DNA of 64,000 nucleotides from Chrysemys picta bellii (Eukaryota), in the NCBI RefSeq assembly GCF_011386835.1, contig NC_088798.1, positions 86,490,001 to 86,554,000 of the forward strand, read 5' to 3'. Shown here in pieces: positions 62,044 through 64,000 of this stretch (position 1 is its first letter; every line of letters starts with the position of its first letter). The notes below the pieces were generated by a model. That model ran no database searches. It saw only the letters and a program-made list of their open reading frames with translations, and was not told the DNA's origin. A program made the position numbers and the translations under genes.

Positions 62044-63059
62044 CTGTAGAGAGAAAACATTACCAGATTCTCAGCTGTGAGATTTGAGACACATGTTTGC
62101 AATTTCTTTCAACATATTGAAATTAGACTTCCCTCTGCCTTTCTGCTTGGTTTTCTGAAGGTTTTTTTTTTTTTTTTGTATTCCTCTATGCACAGTTTAA
62201 AGTACACACAGAACTATACATATAGACATGCTAATGGCCAGAGTCAGTTTTCTGGTGCATATATGTGCACCACTCTCACAACATGAAAGATGCATGCAGA
62301 TATCTGAGGCAATATTTGGCTCAGAGCTTTGATATAAGATGATCGAAGAAAAAATGTTCTACAAATAATGTTGTGTTACCATTATTATATATGTGGGTTG
62401 GAGGAGGGAGGGAAAGACAATAGATCAGAAGAGAAACCAGAGCGAAAAGACAGATGAGAGAACACAGAAGAAAAGAGATTCAGTAGACATAAATCCCATA
62501 CTTCTCTTCTACGTCAGTGCCTCAACTTATAGGGCCAAATTCTACCCTCAGATATGTACACACAAATCCCTTTGGCTCCAACAGATGTTGCATACAGATA
62601 GCTGAGGACAGACATTTTCTCTAACTAGGATTTTTCTGCCACTTTTTTATAGCATAATCTATGTTTAATAAAAATGAAACCCTGCTGTTTTTCATGCTTT
62701 GCAGAATAGCACTGACCATCACAGATCACTGACATCAACATCTGTTCCTCCATTGTTCCCCTTGCCAAACTATCCCTCTCAGAACTCAACCAGGCTATGA
62801 AATCCATAAAATTCAGCCAGATCCACTGATGCATTCTGTTTGCCTTCCCTATAAAGGATCCAGAGAATGCCCAGTTAATTGTCAAATGTTTTCCTATCCT
62901 GCTTGATTCAGAAAGACTGAAAACAGGTTGACTGTGCTTATTAAGCATGGATGAACTCTCCTGGGGATCCTTAACCACCAGGGAGGTATTTATGCTCAGT
63001 TCTATCTTAATTCTCTCTCGATTCCTGCCACTGAAGTTTTTCTACCATGTGAGTCTGTT

Positions 63060-63180
63060 ATTTATTATTTATATTACCGTAGCATGTAAGAGCCTCAGTC
63101 ATAGACCAGAATCCTATTGTGCTGGTTGCTGTAGAAACACAGAACAAATGACAGCCCTTACCCCAAAGAGTTAACAATCC
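63060..63180 (-). mobile_element. L2-type SINE tail
   Basis: Reverse-complement homolog of 23604-23715. Confidence 0.6.
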
Positions 63181-63480
63181 AGTGGATTCACTGATTCTGC
63201 TCAGTTCTGTCTACTATCATCATAGCTAGGCTTGAGGCTTACAGAATCTGAGGAAGGAAGGTGTCCCAAGAACCTATGTTTCAGGGTTATGGATAAAAAT
63301 GTTGGCACTTAAATTGGGTATAATCTCTGTGGATGTGAATTAGTGAAAACCTAAAGAGCTTTTTCAATCATCCTCTGCAGAAACTGAATGACTGGAACCG
63401 ATGACTGAAGTCTTCAGCAATTTAAATATCATTAGATTAACAAGAATACTTGTATTGTAAAATAGAGTTGGGATATTACT

Positions 63481-63792
63481 TCTTCACACAATGCACAATC
63501 AACACACAGTCAGCTTTGGCAGGGGATGTTGTGAAGGCCAAAAGTATATCTGGGTTAAAAAACGAATTAGCTAAGTTTATGGAGGATAGGTCCATCAATG
63601 GCTATTAGCCAAGATGGTTTGGGACGCAACCCCATAATCTGGGTGTCTTCTAACTGCCAGAAGCTGAGACTGGACAACACTTGCCCTGTTCTGTTCATTC
63701 CCTCTGAAGTATATGGCACCGGCCACTGTTGGAAGTCAGAATACTGGGCTAGATGGACCATTGTCTGACCCAATATGGCCATTTCTATGTTT
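63481..63792 (+). mobile_element. CR1 3' fragment (antisense in the GABRA6 intron)
   Basis: gttgtgaaggccaaaagtata.ctgggttaaaaaacgaattag.taagtttatggaggataggtccatcaatggctattagcc...ccatttctatgtt. Confidence 0.9.
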
Positions 63793-64000
63793 TTATATTT
63801 GAATTGTATAGCACGGTAAAATGCTGTTGGATGTCTAGTTTTGGTTACAAAACTCTGCAAAATTCATTATTTGGACATTGATTTTTATGACAATCATTCA
63901 TTTAAGAACATCCCAGTGTCTTATTGTAAAAGTTTTATGGCTTGATTCTTCAGCTGCTCCATGCATTGGACTTCATTTCAATGCAGAAGCTGCAGGATTG

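Larger units (their letters stand above)
62044..64000 (-). other. GABRA6: Last intron of GABRA6 (partial; upstream exon lies outside the window)
   Basis: AG acceptor at 62044-62045 with a pyrimidine tract and a CTCAC branch-like motif near 62078; no TM2/TM3 exon seen before 64000. Confidence 0.85.

Noticed and set aside
62625-62978. 117-aa minus-strand ORF in the GABRA6 intron as a possible alternative exon
   Set aside because: No similarity to the GABA-A TM2/TM3/loop sequence and no convincing splice sites.

Overview
Vertebrate genomic DNA, very probably turtle. This is inferred from the repeat families: CR1, two Penelope-like families, Harbinger/hAT/mariner MITEs, AmnSINE1 and LF-SINE. The only host coding sequence I can support is the last coding exon of the GABA-A receptor alpha-6 subunit (GABRA6; minus strand, 61753-62043; end of the M3-M4 loop, TM4 and stop), with a probable polyA signal at 61189-61194. 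Positions 62044-64000 are its last intron. The remaining ~61 kb is the intergenic region 3' of GABRA6; by conserved synteny it leads toward GABRA1, but I found no GABRA1 coding exons. About a quarter to a third of it is recognisable transposon debris. Highlights: (1) a complete 4028-bp two-gene Harbinger transposon with TAA TSDs, a spliced Myb/SANT gene and an open DDE domain; (2) two adjacent Penelope-like elements, each with a degenerate minimal hammerhead ribozyme; (3) a near full-length 5S-derived AmnSINE1 about 2.3 kb downstream of the GABRA6 stop, and an LF-SINE, both from families with known exapted enhancers; (4) a TE-poor island (20.9-24.3 kb) with clustered dyad motifs, a CRE-TATA-Inr arrangement and a perfect 28-bp inverted repeat; (5) two 333-bp palindromic hAT MITEs whose differences are mirrored in both arms; (6) an expanded polyproline tract in the alpha-6 intracellular loop. 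I found no convincing wholly new biological system. Most ORFs in the supplied track are spurious. Repeat family names come from recalled consensus sequences and need Dfam/Repbase confirmation.
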